A DNA stretch of 36,069 nucleotides, taken from positions 1 to 36,069 of the forward strand of contig JBHLLP010000033.1 in NCBI GenBank assembly GCA_048885525.1. Direction: 5' to 3'. Position numbers and translations under genes: made by a program. The first letter of the stretch is position 1. Every line of letters starts with the position of its first letter. The notes below the pieces were generated by a model. That model was given only the letters and a program-made list of their open reading frames with translations. It had not been told where the DNA came from and did not search any database. This DNA comes from Candidatus Hermodarchaeota archaeon (GTDB taxonomy: Archaea > Asgardarchaeota > Lokiarchaeia > Sigyniarchaeales > SOKP01). Shown piece by piece: positions 24,386 to 34,159 of the stretch.

Positions 24386-26281
24386 ATGAGTATTGTAAAT
24401 TATCCTCCTAAAGAGATTTATAAAGCACCTAAATATGGAAAGAAGAATTTTGAGCATATAATTCTTTGGATGCTAGCAAATAATGATGAATGTCAATGGT
24501 CAGACTTTACACAGGATCCTTTAGGATTTAGTACTTCAACTCTATCTAAATATTTCAATTTATTAAAGAGTAGGGGATATGTTGATAATTATTCTCGAGG
24601 TTATTATAAGATAACACTTGAAGGGGAAAAGAGATTTAATGATTTATCTAGAACCCGTGGTGAGAAAAGAAGATTAAGCTATCCTCCTGAAGTAATTTTA
24701 AGGAGGAGAAATTATGATGATTGGATTCTATGGATGGTTTATAATAATACATTTTTGAAATGGTCTGATTTTCTTGCTGAACCTCTTAGCATTAACCAAT
24801 CATCCCTATCAAAGAATATGAATCTTTTGATAAATAAGGAGTATGTACTAAAAGAGAATAAAGAGTACCGAATTACCCGTTCAGGCAAAATAGAGTATTC
24901 AAGAATGCTACAGAATTATGACTTAGATAGACAATCAATTTTAGATGAGGAGAGTAAGAGAATTGAAGAGATTACCAAAAAAACCATAGAATTCTTTGAC
25001 ACTTACGATATTAGGGATGAAGATATTCAATTTAGGTATCTCAATAACGTTATAAGGTTAGATTATGCCAGAGTTAAAGCTATGTTAACAGAAGAGGAGG
25101 ATTTTGAAAAAATCTTACTTTTTCTTTCAATGAATCATCCAAACCAATATCCAAACTATATTTCTATGGAAGATTTTTCAAAGACCTATAGAATAAAGGA
25201 GTCAAAATTGGAGTATTATATTGATGAGATCGTTGAGAATCAGATATATCCAATAAAATTTTTCAAATTAAAGCTTCCTCCGAATGAAGTATATTACTTC
25301 CAGGAAAATGAAAGAGTAGAGATTATGCTTCGGGCTATAACAGAAGATCATATAACTAAATTTACTTACTTAAGTAAGTTATTTTCAAGATCATTAGATT
25401 TACGTACTACCATTGATAATATATTAGATGATATTTGTGGGTTATTATTTAATGAATGTTTTAAAGAGTCTTTAAGTGAGTTTCTACATGATTATATTAG
25501 TTACTTAGCATATAAGATTGAAGCGAAAGAAGAATTAAAAGAAACATTAGATAAACTAGAAGGAATAATCTGGCAGGATATGATGGAATTATTTCAATCA
25601 CTGAGTACTGGGGATTTGAAAGACCAATTTGAAGAACAGATTAAAGAGATAGATAAGGAAATCAAATCTGATCCGGATAATATCGATTTATACAATTCAA
25701 AAATCTCAATTTTACTCTACTATGAACAATTAGAAGATGTATTGAAATTATTAAATGAAATGCTAGAGAAATTCGAAGAGAATGAAATTGGTATTAAGAT
25801 GAAAAAAGCATCAGTTCTTAGAAGAATGCGAGATGTACAGAGTGGTTTAGATATTATCAATGAATTAATCAAGAAATATCCTGAAAATAATGATCTACTT
25901 AATTTTAAAGTCTATTGGTTACAATATTTAAATAGAAGAGAAGAAGCATTGAAAATAATTGAAGATCTCATTGCTAACGTTCCTGATAATGGAACGTATC
26001 ATGATACATATGGAGAACTCCTAATGTATTATGAAGAATATAAACAAGCTACAGAAAGATTCTTAAAAGCAATTGAAATAGCTGGTGATGAGTGGTATAT
26101 TAATCAAACATATATTAAGCTAGGAATCTGCTATAAAGAACTTAAAAACTTCGATTTAGCGCTTCAAAATCTTAAAAAAGGTAAAGAGTTAACAAACAAA
26201 AGCTCAGGAGATGCAGAGACTAGACAAAAATGGCTTACAATCGCTGACCTTTTTCTATTAGAAATAGAACAAATGCTTTAA
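24386..26281 (+). CDS. Tandem winged-HTH + TPR putative transcription regulator (paralog 2)
   Basis: Full-length paralog of 8277-10175 (shared PLSINQ.SLSKN, NYDLDRQ.IL.EESKRIEEITKKT, TYIKLGICYK). Confidence 0.8.
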   Translation: MSIVNYPPKEIYKAPKYGKKNFEHIILWMLANNDECQWSDFTQDPLGFSTSTLSKYFNLLKSRGYVDNYSRGYYKITLEGEKRFNDLSRTRGEKRRLSYPPEVILRRRNYDDWILWMVYNNTFLKWSDFLAEPLSINQSSLSKNMNLLINKEYVLKENKEYRITRSGKIEYSRMLQNYDLDRQSILDEESKRIEEITKKTIEFFDTYDIRDEDIQFRYLNNVIRLDYARVKAMLTEEEDFEKILLFLSMNHPNQYPNYISMEDFSKTYRIKESKLEYYIDEIVENQIYPIKFFKLKLPPNEVYYFQENERVEIMLRAITEDHITKFTYLSKLFSRSLDLRTTIDNILDDICGLLFNECFKESLSEFLHDYISYLAYKIEAKEELKETLDKLEGIIWQDMMELFQSLSTGDLKDQFEEQIKEIDKEIKSDPDNIDLYNSKISILLYYEQLEDVLKLLNEMLEKFEENEIGIKMKKASVLRRMRDVQSGLDIINELIKKYPENNDLLNFKVYWLQYLNRREEALKIIEDLIANVPDNGTYHDTYGELLMYYEEYKQATERFLKAIEIAGDEWYINQTYIKLGICYKELKNFDLALQNLKKGKELTNKSSGDAETRQKWLTIADLFLLEIEQML

Positions 26282-27060
26282 TTCAATTTTTTATTTAATA
26301 ATGTTATCAATTCCTTCTTAATTCCTGGTTTATAAGGTAATATTTTACCATCAAAAATAGCACAAAATGTACCATAGGGATGAATTTCGTTTTGTTGAGC
26401 TTTTTTACTATCTTTAATTAATATAGCCTGAAAATTTACATTTTTTGTTCTTGATATTTCTTCTAGATCATTCACGAGAATTGGAAGATAGGGGCACTGT
26501 TGAGTGTATAATATGGTTACGCCCTCTCCATACTCTTTCAATTTAATTTGAGAGAGAGGATAAAATTGAGGTTTAGGTACATTCTCTGAAAAAGCTTTAG
26601 CAAATAATCCATAGTAAGGCTCAAGCTCATCTACCTTTTCAAATCCATTTTTAATAAACAATTTCTTATTTGGTAACCACCCTCCTTTCTCAGCAGTCAT
26701 GGCAACAACTCCGTACATATTAGCTTCTTTTGCATCCTTAATGCATTCTTCTAAAAGCTTAGAAGCATAGCCTTTATTTTTATGTTTACCTATAACCCAA
26801 ATGCAATGGATAACCATCCAACCATCTGCTTTGATCCCTCTCCAGTTATATTCACCAGGAATATATTCTATAAAGCCTCGAGAAGTTTCTTTCTCTCCTT
26901 CTTTTACTATAAGTAACTTGTATTTTAATCCTTCCTTAAATCTTTCAGTAATCCACTTAACTTTGTTTTGATATCCTACTTCTTTCTTTTGTGATTTCTT
27001 ACAAAATAAACCATATTTTTTAATAATCTCGCTATTAATATCTATTATCTTTGCAACCAA
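26278..27060 (-). CDS. GNAT acetyltransferase with YoaP-like C-terminal domain
   Basis: GFIEYIPGE, IHCIWV, acetyl-CoA motif KNKGYASKLL; C-terminal YTQQCPY...PYGTF; TTG start. Confidence 0.85.
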   Translation of the reverse strand: MVAKIIDINSEIIKKYGLFCKKSQKKEVGYQNKVKWITERFKEGLKYKLLIVKEGEKETSRGFIEYIPGEYNWRGIKADGWMVIHCIWVIGKHKNKGYASKLLEECIKDAKEANMYGVVAMTAEKGGWLPNKKLFIKNGFEKVDELEPYYGLFAKAFSENVPKPQFYPLSQIKLKEYGEGVTILYTQQCPYLPILVNDLEEISRTKNVNFQAILIKDSKKAQQNEIHPYGTFCAIFDGKILPYKPGIKKELITLLNKKLN

Positions 27061-27076
27061 CTTTTTGCCTCAAGAA

Positions 27077-28300
27077 TTATATTCTTTCAACTAAAATTGA
27101 TATGATATTATTCCCAAATCCTCCAAAATTACAGGTGATTCCTGTTTCTGCATTTTCAATTTGTCTTTTCCCTGCTTCTCCTCGTAGTTGCCAAACTAGT
27201 TCTACAACTTGAGCAACACCAGTAGCTCCTAGTGGATGTCCACGAGCCTTCAATCCACCAGATGGATTTATTGGGATTTTTCCACCAATTTCAGTTAAGC
27301 CCTCATACGCAGCTTTTGCACCTTCTCCTTTCTTAAAAAAGCCAATATCCTCTGATTGAACTGCTTCAAGAATCTCAAAGGCATCATGTAGTTCTGCTAC
27401 ATCTATATCTTCTGGTCTTTTATTAGCCATTTTATATGCTTTGTCTGAGCATATTTTTAAAGCTTTAAGTGTGGTAATATCTTCACGTTCATATATTATA
27501 TGTGTATCTGTAGCTTGTCCAATACCAGAAATTAGAATTGGTGGATCGCAATATTCTTTTGCTTTATCAGCATTACATAGAACTAAAGCAGCAGCACCAT
27601 CTGAAATAGGACAGATATGAAAAAGTCGTAAAGGATCTGCAATTACAGGATTTGTATTATCATCATTTAGAAAATCATGAATATTATCCCAACTGCCCTT
27701 TCCTTTTTGAATGGCATTGTTCATAAAATCTTCAATTGTTCTTTGGAAATGTGCCATTGGATTTAATGCTCCATTCCTATGATTTTTAATCGCAATATCT
27801 GAAATCCAATCAAGCTCTGCGTTATATTTTTCGAGATATATTCGGGTTAACATACCCGCGAATGAAGGAAGAGAGACTCCATGACGTCTTTCTGCCTCCG
27901 GATGAGTTAAAGTAGCAACATTTGAGGTGACATACCCTGGAGTTGTGATTTGAGTCATTTTTTCACCACCTACTACTAATACTAAATCACTCATACCAGA
28001 GGCAATTGCTTGAAATCCTGCTTTAACTGCTGAACCTCCAGAAGCTGGTCCGTTCTTTATATGATCTGCTGCTGCAGGAATTAAACTTATTTTATCAACA
28101 AGGGCACTAGCAATACCTGAAAGCTGATTAAAAGCTCCAGGGCTCATTGCTCCAACATAAACAGAATCAAAATCTTTATTACTTGTGTTGGAATCTTCAA
28201 TTGCATCTAAAGATGCCTCACATAATAAATCCATTAATCCCTTATCTGGTAATCTTCCGAATTTAGTGTGCCCGATTCCTACTATTGCTACTTTATTCAT
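27077..28300 (-). CDS. Thiolase-domain protein (SCP-x/HDxF type) lacking the nucleophilic Cys
   Basis: MNKVAIVGIGHTKFG start at 28300; NGPASGG where N/E-x-C-A-S-G is expected; AELHDAF, NPSGGL, GHPLGATG. Confidence 0.88.
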   Translation of the reverse strand: MNKVAIVGIGHTKFGRLPDKGLMDLLCEASLDAIEDSNTSNKDFDSVYVGAMSPGAFNQLSGIASALVDKISLIPAAADHIKNGPASGGSAVKAGFQAIASGMSDLVLVVGGEKMTQITTPGYVTSNVATLTHPEAERRHGVSLPSFAGMLTRIYLEKYNAELDWISDIAIKNHRNGALNPMAHFQRTIEDFMNNAIQKGKGSWDNIHDFLNDDNTNPVIADPLRLFHICPISDGAAALVLCNADKAKEYCDPPILISGIGQATDTHIIYEREDITTLKALKICSDKAYKMANKRPEDIDVAELHDAFEILEAVQSEDIGFFKKGEGAKAAYEGLTEIGGKIPINPSGGLKARGHPLGATGVAQVVELVWQLRGEAGKRQIENAETGITCNFGGFGNNIISILVERI

Positions 28301-28340
28301 AATAAATATAATTTTTAATTTTATTAAAAAAAAGAAAATA

Positions 28341-29687
28341 TTATTTAGGATTTTCATTCCTTACGATCGTCGCGGCACCCATCCCCAAACCTACACACAT
28401 TGATGAAATTGCGAATTTTTTACCAGATTTTTCTAGTTGGTGGACATTAGTTCCAATGAGTCTACATCCTGTCATTCCAGTTGGATGTCCTAATGCAATT
28501 GCACCTCCCCATTTATTAAATCGTTCGTCTTTCCAATCTAATCCGAGTTCATAACAGCTAGCATATACTACTGGACTAAATGCCTCATTAATTTCTATAA
28601 AAGCCATATCATCTAATGTCATATTTGCTCTTTTCAAAACTTCTGGTATTGAATCAATTGGACCTGTGAGCATCAAAACAGGATCAGTACCAACTACAGC
28701 AAAATTTACAATTGTTGCTCTTGGTTTAAGTCCTAATTCTTCAGCTAGGCCTCGAGTCATCCATAATTGCGCAGCAGCCCCATCACTTACGGGACAACTA
28801 TTCCCTGCTGTAAGAAATGCTTGACTCTTTCTTCCAATTATCGTTCTCAAGGTCGCTAATTTCTCTAATGAAGTTCCTGGACGTGGTGTTTCATCTTTTT
28901 CCGTTAATTCTGATAAACTTGGATCTTTAGTAACTTGATTATTTTCATCTAAAAGAGGTTTTCCATTCTCATCAAGTTTTGGGCACCAAATTGGTTCTAT
29001 TTCTCCACCTCTTTCATCCCAAGTTGAGCATGCCTTTTCATGTGAATGTAAAGATAGGCTGTCCATTTCATTTCTAAAATCTTCTAAACTTATTCCAGCT
29101 TTTTTCATCCAATATTGTCCCATAACATGAGCAGAATTAATTTGACCAGCAAAAGATGTTTTATGAGCTTTTAATTGCTCTGCAACAAATGGGTGTGTCA
29201 CAATTTTTCCATTTGGAGGTATCATTACCATCTTATTCTGCTCTTTATCAAAAATATTAGTATCTGACATGATATCATATCGATTCTGAACCTCAACACC
29301 TCCACAAATTACACAATCATGTATTCCTGAAGCAATTGCTTGCCAAGTAGATAATACTGATTGAGCGCCACTTGCACATTGACGATTTATAGACATTCCA
29401 GGCACAGTAATAGGTAAATGTGCTGCTAAAGCGGCGGTTCTCCCAATATCAAGAGCACAATCACCTATTTGACTATTGCAAGATACAATGGAATCTCCTA
29501 TTAATTTAGGATCAAAATCATTGCGTTTTAATAATGTTTGATAACAATGTACCACCAAATCATCTCCTCGGTGGCGTCCTATGGTTCCTCTCCTCTTACC
29601 TATTGGAGTTCTTACGTAATCTACTAATACAGGCTCCCTTTTTGGATCTTTGAAATATTTTTCATACATACTTATTGGTTGTACCAT
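28341..29687 (-). CDS. Acetyl-CoA C-acyltransferase (canonical thiolase)
   Basis: RTPIG, INRQCASG, EINEAF, GHPTGMTG and MCVGLGMG motifs all intact. Confidence 0.93.
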   Translation of the reverse strand: MVQPISMYEKYFKDPKREPVLVDYVRTPIGKRRGTIGRHRGDDLVVHCYQTLLKRNDFDPKLIGDSIVSCNSQIGDCALDIGRTAALAAHLPITVPGMSINRQCASGAQSVLSTWQAIASGIHDCVICGGVEVQNRYDIMSDTNIFDKEQNKMVMIPPNGKIVTHPFVAEQLKAHKTSFAGQINSAHVMGQYWMKKAGISLEDFRNEMDSLSLHSHEKACSTWDERGGEIEPIWCPKLDENGKPLLDENNQVTKDPSLSELTEKDETPRPGTSLEKLATLRTIIGRKSQAFLTAGNSCPVSDGAAAQLWMTRGLAEELGLKPRATIVNFAVVGTDPVLMLTGPIDSIPEVLKRANMTLDDMAFIEINEAFSPVVYASCYELGLDWKDERFNKWGGAIALGHPTGMTGCRLIGTNVHQLEKSGKKFAISSMCVGLGMGAATIVRNENPK

Positions 29688-29819
29688 AAAATATCACTTT
29701 ATTTATTAAATTATAAATTCAAATACATTTTGACTAATTAATTTTATTTAGAATTTTAATAAGTATATAATTGTGTTTTTACAAATTTTGAGGATAAGAA
29801 ATTAAAGAGGTAGAATATA

Positions 29820-30713
29820 TTGCTAAAAGGTATTCATTTTCTTTTGACCTATAATTGTAATTATACATGTGATCACTGTTTCTTATATTGTAGTCCCAAT
29901 TCAAAAGGAACCTTTACATTAGCACAAATTAAAGAGGTTCTAGGTGAAGCACACAAATTAACATCTGTAGAATGGATTTATTTTGAAGGAGGAGAACCTT
30001 TTCTCTATTATCCAATAATGGTAGAAGGTGTAAAATTAGCAAAAAAGATGGGATTCAAAGTTGGAATAGTAACAAACTCATATTGGGCTACAAGCATCCA
30101 TGATGCAGAAATTTGGCTCGAACCGTTTTCAGAATTGGGTGTAGATGATTTTAGTATAAGTGATGATGCTTTTCATTATGAAGATGAGCAAGAAAATCTA
30201 TCAAAAGTAGCAAAGAAAGCTTCTGAGAATCTGAAATTATCAACTATGACTATATGCATTGAAGAACCAACAGTCAAAAAGGAACAGGAAAAAGGAGAAC
30301 CTGTTATTAGTGGTGGAGCTATGTTTAAAGGAAGAGCAGTTGAAAAATTGATTGAAGGATTGCCAAAGAGACCATGGGAAGAATTAAATGAATGTCCTTA
30401 TGAAGATTTTAGGGGACTTGGAAGAATTCACGTTGATCCATTTGGCAATGCTCATATCTGTCAAGGTCTAAGCATTGGTAATTTCTGGGAAACACCTCTA
30501 GCTAAATTGATTAAAAATTATAAACCAGAGGATCATCCTATATGTCGCCCATTGATTCAAGGTGGTCCTGCTCGATTAGTAAAGGAATATAATATTGAGC
30601 ACGAAGATAAATATGTTGATGAATGTCACCTCTGTTATCTTGCTAGATTAAATTTAATTGATAAATTTCCAAAATATTTAGCACCTAGGCAAGTATATGG
30701 TTTAAGTGAATAA
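29820..30713 (+). CDS. Radical SAM protein
   Basis: CNYTCDHC (CX3CX2C), FEGGEP, VTN; extra C-terminal Cys (ECPY, HICQG, ECHLC); TTG start. Confidence 0.9.
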   Translation: MLKGIHFLLTYNCNYTCDHCFLYCSPNSKGTFTLAQIKEVLGEAHKLTSVEWIYFEGGEPFLYYPIMVEGVKLAKKMGFKVGIVTNSYWATSIHDAEIWLEPFSELGVDDFSISDDAFHYEDEQENLSKVAKKASENLKLSTMTICIEEPTVKKEQEKGEPVISGGAMFKGRAVEKLIEGLPKRPWEELNECPYEDFRGLGRIHVDPFGNAHICQGLSIGNFWETPLAKLIKNYKPEDHPICRPLIQGGPARLVKEYNIEHEDKYVDECHLCYLARLNLIDKFPKYLAPRQVYGLSE

Positions 30714-30886
30714 AAATTCTTTTTTAATTTGAATGTATTGTAAAATATTCTTGAAGATTATACTATAGAATTTCATAAAAAAATTGGATTTTTGTATCGG
30801 AAAAAGTGATATAAAAGAGATTATAAAATATTTTGATATTTAAAAGCTATAGAAAAAAATAAGTTATAGTAGATTCTTGAATCATA

Positions 30887-33790
30887 TCATAAGTCTATAT
30901 AGAGAGCAGGTTTGAAAGGTTTTGCTTTAATAGATCTTTGCTTAGGATCGAATTCAGAATTTATTATAATCATTGATTTTGTTCGCTTTTCTATATAAGA
31001 TTTATACTGTTCAAGCAACTTGATTTCATCTGTCTTTGGTAGCTTTTTTTCCCATATTCTGTCTTTTAATTGACTTTTTATAAAAGGGATAAGCTCTTTA
31101 TTTGTCATTAGCTCTTTTTCCTTTTTTAGTTCAGACATAATTTCATTAAAATTATCTTTTTTTAATAGAATTAGATCCATGATTTCGTATTTCCATTCGG
31201 GAGAAAGATATAAATAAATTTCATTAGATTTTTCCGATTTTACTATTTTCTTTATATTGAAGATATCTTCAATAACATTTGAGATATATTCAAATTCAAG
31301 TTCAAGGTTAGTATCAATATACTGTTTATTAAAGTCTCCCCAGACTTCCTTTGAGATAAATCCTTCATTTCCGGCAATTTCCCATAATTCTTCACATAAA
31401 TGAGGTAGTGTCAAGGAAAGAATCTTTAACCAATCCTTATAAATCAATTTAAATACAATAAGAAAGTCATTCGTGTTATCTACATCCCTTGAAAATTCCT
31501 GCATTTGATTAAAAACCTCATAAAATGCAGTTTGAAGATATCTTCTTATATTATATTCTTCTATTGCCTCCTTAGCTTCAATAAATTTTTTAATAATTTT
31601 AGAGAGCATCACTTGTGAATATTTAGAGTTAATATTTTCGAATATGGCTTCAATACCTTTTGATTGATTAATTTTATCAGAAACAAAGCTATAAAATTTG
31701 AATATATGATTTTTCACTGTCTCTATTTCTTTTTCTCGAAAATCCATATCGACACTAAAATCAGCACCATGAGATATGTAAAATCTAAATAAATCGCCAG
31801 AATAACTTTTTTGAATATCTGCCATAGGAATAAGATTTCCTTTTGATTTACCCATTTTCTGTCCCTCTACAATGACTGGTTCGATTAAACTAATTAACTT
31901 TGGCCAATGTTTCTCTGGGAAAATAGCAACATGATGGAATATATAAAAGCTCAAATGGTTTGAGATATGCATAATTGCAGTATGACGATGGTCGACTGGG
32001 TACCAATATTGGAACTCCTGTTGCATCTCTTTAAGGATTTTCTCTTTAATATTAATTTTTTTTGAGAGATTAGTTAAATCTCCTTTCCCTAAGAATACAA
32101 AATCAAAAAGTTCTGGGATTAACTGTTCTGGTTTAATTTCATATTCTCTAATTTTATGTGAAATGGTATAAAGTGCCATATAGATTGTTGAATCACTAAG
32201 AGATTCTATTATCCATTCTTTATTGAAAGGTAATTTCGTCCCTAACCCTCTTTTTCTAGCACAGGGTCTTTTTTCAAGCCAATTGAAAATATTTTCAAAA
32301 TTTAATCGATACTTGCTAGGTATAATTTTCATGTTATTAAGGCATTCGAAAGCATTTTTTTTCCAATCTCCTGCATTAAAATTAAGAAACCACTGATCCT
32401 TTAGAATAGAAACTATAACCTCTGCTCCACACTTACATCTAAGATTTTTAGTAGTTGGTATATACAATATATCTGCTTTATTCTCTTCTATTAAATCTTC
32501 TGAAACTTGTTTGGCTGCGTCACTAACTTTCATTCCTTGGTATTTGCCACATTTATCATTAAGAAATCCATTATAAAATTCATTTTTATAATTCTCACTC
32601 GTTGCTAAATCTAGTTTTTCATTATCTATTTGAGATTTAACATCAAATTTCTCACAGTATATTTTTGCAGGAAAATCCTTGAATCCTTTTAATTCTATAA
32701 TCTGAATAGGATAGATTAATTCGATTTCTCTTTTATCTAAATTAAATTCTTCAATTAATTCTGTATTTTTTTGTAAATCAATCAATGCAATATAATCATA
32801 AGGAGCATGAGCAGGAACTGAATAAACCACACCTGTAGCTGTAGCTGTCTCAACAAAATCTCCAGGTAAAATCGGAATTTCTTTAATTCCATATACATCT
32901 CTAGCTTTTTTACCAATGATTTTATTTCCTTTAAATTTATCTAATATTTTAATCTCTTTGTTTTGATTTCCTAACAACTGGGTTGCCTCATTAGAAATAA
33001 ACCATATTTCATCATTTATAATAGCCTTAATATAATCTCCATTTGGTTTTATCCAAATATTTGTAACTCCATATATTGTTTCTGGTCTTAAAGTAGAAGC
33101 TACAAGGAATCCATCTTCAAAAGGAAATTTTATACAAATAAATTCATTAATATTAAGATCTAGTTCATCTCCACTAGCAATATCGTCTTCTCCTACAGCA
33201 TTTTTATCTCTTGGGCAATATAAAATTGGATATTCTCCTTTTTCAATATAACCTTCTTCTTTTAAATGAAAGAATTGCCATTCAATGAATTTATTGTAAA
33301 TTTTGTCTCCTGTGGTAAACTCTCTCCGCCAATCCAAACTCATTCCTATTGACTTGAAATCCCATTTTATAGTGTTAGAAAAGTATCTCACAATATTCCA
33401 AGGATCTACAAAATTCTTTACAATTTCACTTATTTTTTTTTTATCTTTTGTATGTAATGATACGTATTCTTTCATCCTAGTTATCTGTATTTGATCCCTC
33501 CTTTCTATTGAAGAGGATATCGCTAAAACAGGAGTACCTGTAATGTGAAATGCCATAGGATATAGTACATTGTAGCCTCTGGCCCGATAATATCGCGCAA
33601 ATACATCTCCATTAACAAAGCTCCTCCCATGACCGATATGAGTAGGACCTGAAGCGTAAGGGTAAGGAGAAGTAATAAAAATTTTCTTTTTTGTCCTGAC
33701 TGGATTTGCTTCGAATATTTTTGCTTCTTCCCACTTATCTTGCCATTTCTTCTCAATTTCTTGTGGATTATACATTTTTTTTGAACTCAT
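30887..33790 (-). CDS. leuS: Leucine--tRNA ligase, archaeal/eukaryal type
   Basis: PYPYASGPTHIGH (HIGH), TLRPET and TGVVYSVPAHAPYD editing domain, ESLSDSTIY, KMGKS (KMSKS variant). Confidence 0.96.
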   Translation of the reverse strand: MSSKKMYNPQEIEKKWQDKWEEAKIFEANPVRTKKKIFITSPYPYASGPTHIGHGRSFVNGDVFARYYRARGYNVLYPMAFHITGTPVLAISSSIERRDQIQITRMKEYVSLHTKDKKKISEIVKNFVDPWNIVRYFSNTIKWDFKSIGMSLDWRREFTTGDKIYNKFIEWQFFHLKEEGYIEKGEYPILYCPRDKNAVGEDDIASGDELDLNINEFICIKFPFEDGFLVASTLRPETIYGVTNIWIKPNGDYIKAIINDEIWFISNEATQLLGNQNKEIKILDKFKGNKIIGKKARDVYGIKEIPILPGDFVETATATGVVYSVPAHAPYDYIALIDLQKNTELIEEFNLDKREIELIYPIQIIELKGFKDFPAKIYCEKFDVKSQIDNEKLDLATSENYKNEFYNGFLNDKCGKYQGMKVSDAAKQVSEDLIEENKADILYIPTTKNLRCKCGAEVIVSILKDQWFLNFNAGDWKKNAFECLNNMKIIPSKYRLNFENIFNWLEKRPCARKRGLGTKLPFNKEWIIESLSDSTIYMALYTISHKIREYEIKPEQLIPELFDFVFLGKGDLTNLSKKINIKEKILKEMQQEFQYWYPVDHRHTAIMHISNHLSFYIFHHVAIFPEKHWPKLISLIEPVIVEGQKMGKSKGNLIPMADIQKSYSGDLFRFYISHGADFSVDMDFREKEIETVKNHIFKFYSFVSDKINQSKGIEAIFENINSKYSQVMLSKIIKKFIEAKEAIEEYNIRRYLQTAFYEVFNQMQEFSRDVDNTNDFLIVFKLIYKDWLKILSLTLPHLCEELWEIAGNEGFISKEVWGDFNKQYIDTNLELEFEYISNVIEDIFNIKKIVKSEKSNEIYLYLSPEWKYEIMDLILLKKDNFNEIMSELKKEKELMTNKELIPFIKSQLKDRIWEKKLPKTDEIKLLEQYKSYIEKRTKSMIIINSEFDPKQRSIKAKPFKPALYIDL

Positions 33791-33877
33791 TATTAATTTT
33801 TCTAAACCTTACTTTTGTCTGAATTCTTATTTAAGCAATCAACCACCTATAATCTCTTTCAATTAAATTTCCAAGCC

Positions 33878-33936
33878 AAGCGAAAAAAATCCTTGTGAAA
33901 TGTAAAAGAAAAAGGTTATAAGGATTTGTTTCGCTT
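33878..33936 (-). promoter_or_regulatory. 17-bp hairpin in the leuS leader (candidate attenuator)
   Basis: aagcgaaaaaaatcctt (33878-33894) pairs with aaggatttgtttcgctt (33920-33936), 16 of 17 pairs. On the minus strand the loop and 3' arm contain U-tracts. Confidence 0.65.
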
Positions 33937-33994
33937 ACAATAATAATAAAACTGCGAGTAAATCAACTAAGGGTGTTTTTTCCTTTAGGTTCAT
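33935..33994 (-). CDS. Leu-rich leader peptide MNLKEKTPLVDLLAVLLLL upstream of leuS
   Basis: 19 codons, 8 Leu, ending TTA TTA TTA TTG TAA; stop codon overlaps the hairpin 5' arm; TATA-like sequence at ~34024-34045. Confidence 0.65.
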   Translation of the reverse strand: MNLKEKTPLVDLLAVLLLL

Positions 33995-34159
33995 CTTTAA
34001 TGCAGTGTTATTTGAATTCATTCTTATAAAAATATATATACTTTTATATTAAAATATTTCTAGGACATTGAATCTTTAATCTTTTAGTCTTTCTTTAACC
34101 TTTTAATCTTTCTGTTTATTATAAAGATTTAAATCAAAATAAAATAATTGTGAAATATT

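Noticed and set aside
1859-26281. Island as a mobile element or provirus
   Set aside because: No integrase, transposase, terminal repeats, tRNA attachment site or viral genes seen.
29820-30713. Radical SAM enzyme as a RiPP maturase for the Tyr-rich peptide
   Set aside because: It is over 6 kb from the nearest peptide gene, among metabolic genes, lacks the operator, and shows no peptide-recognition domain that I can identify.
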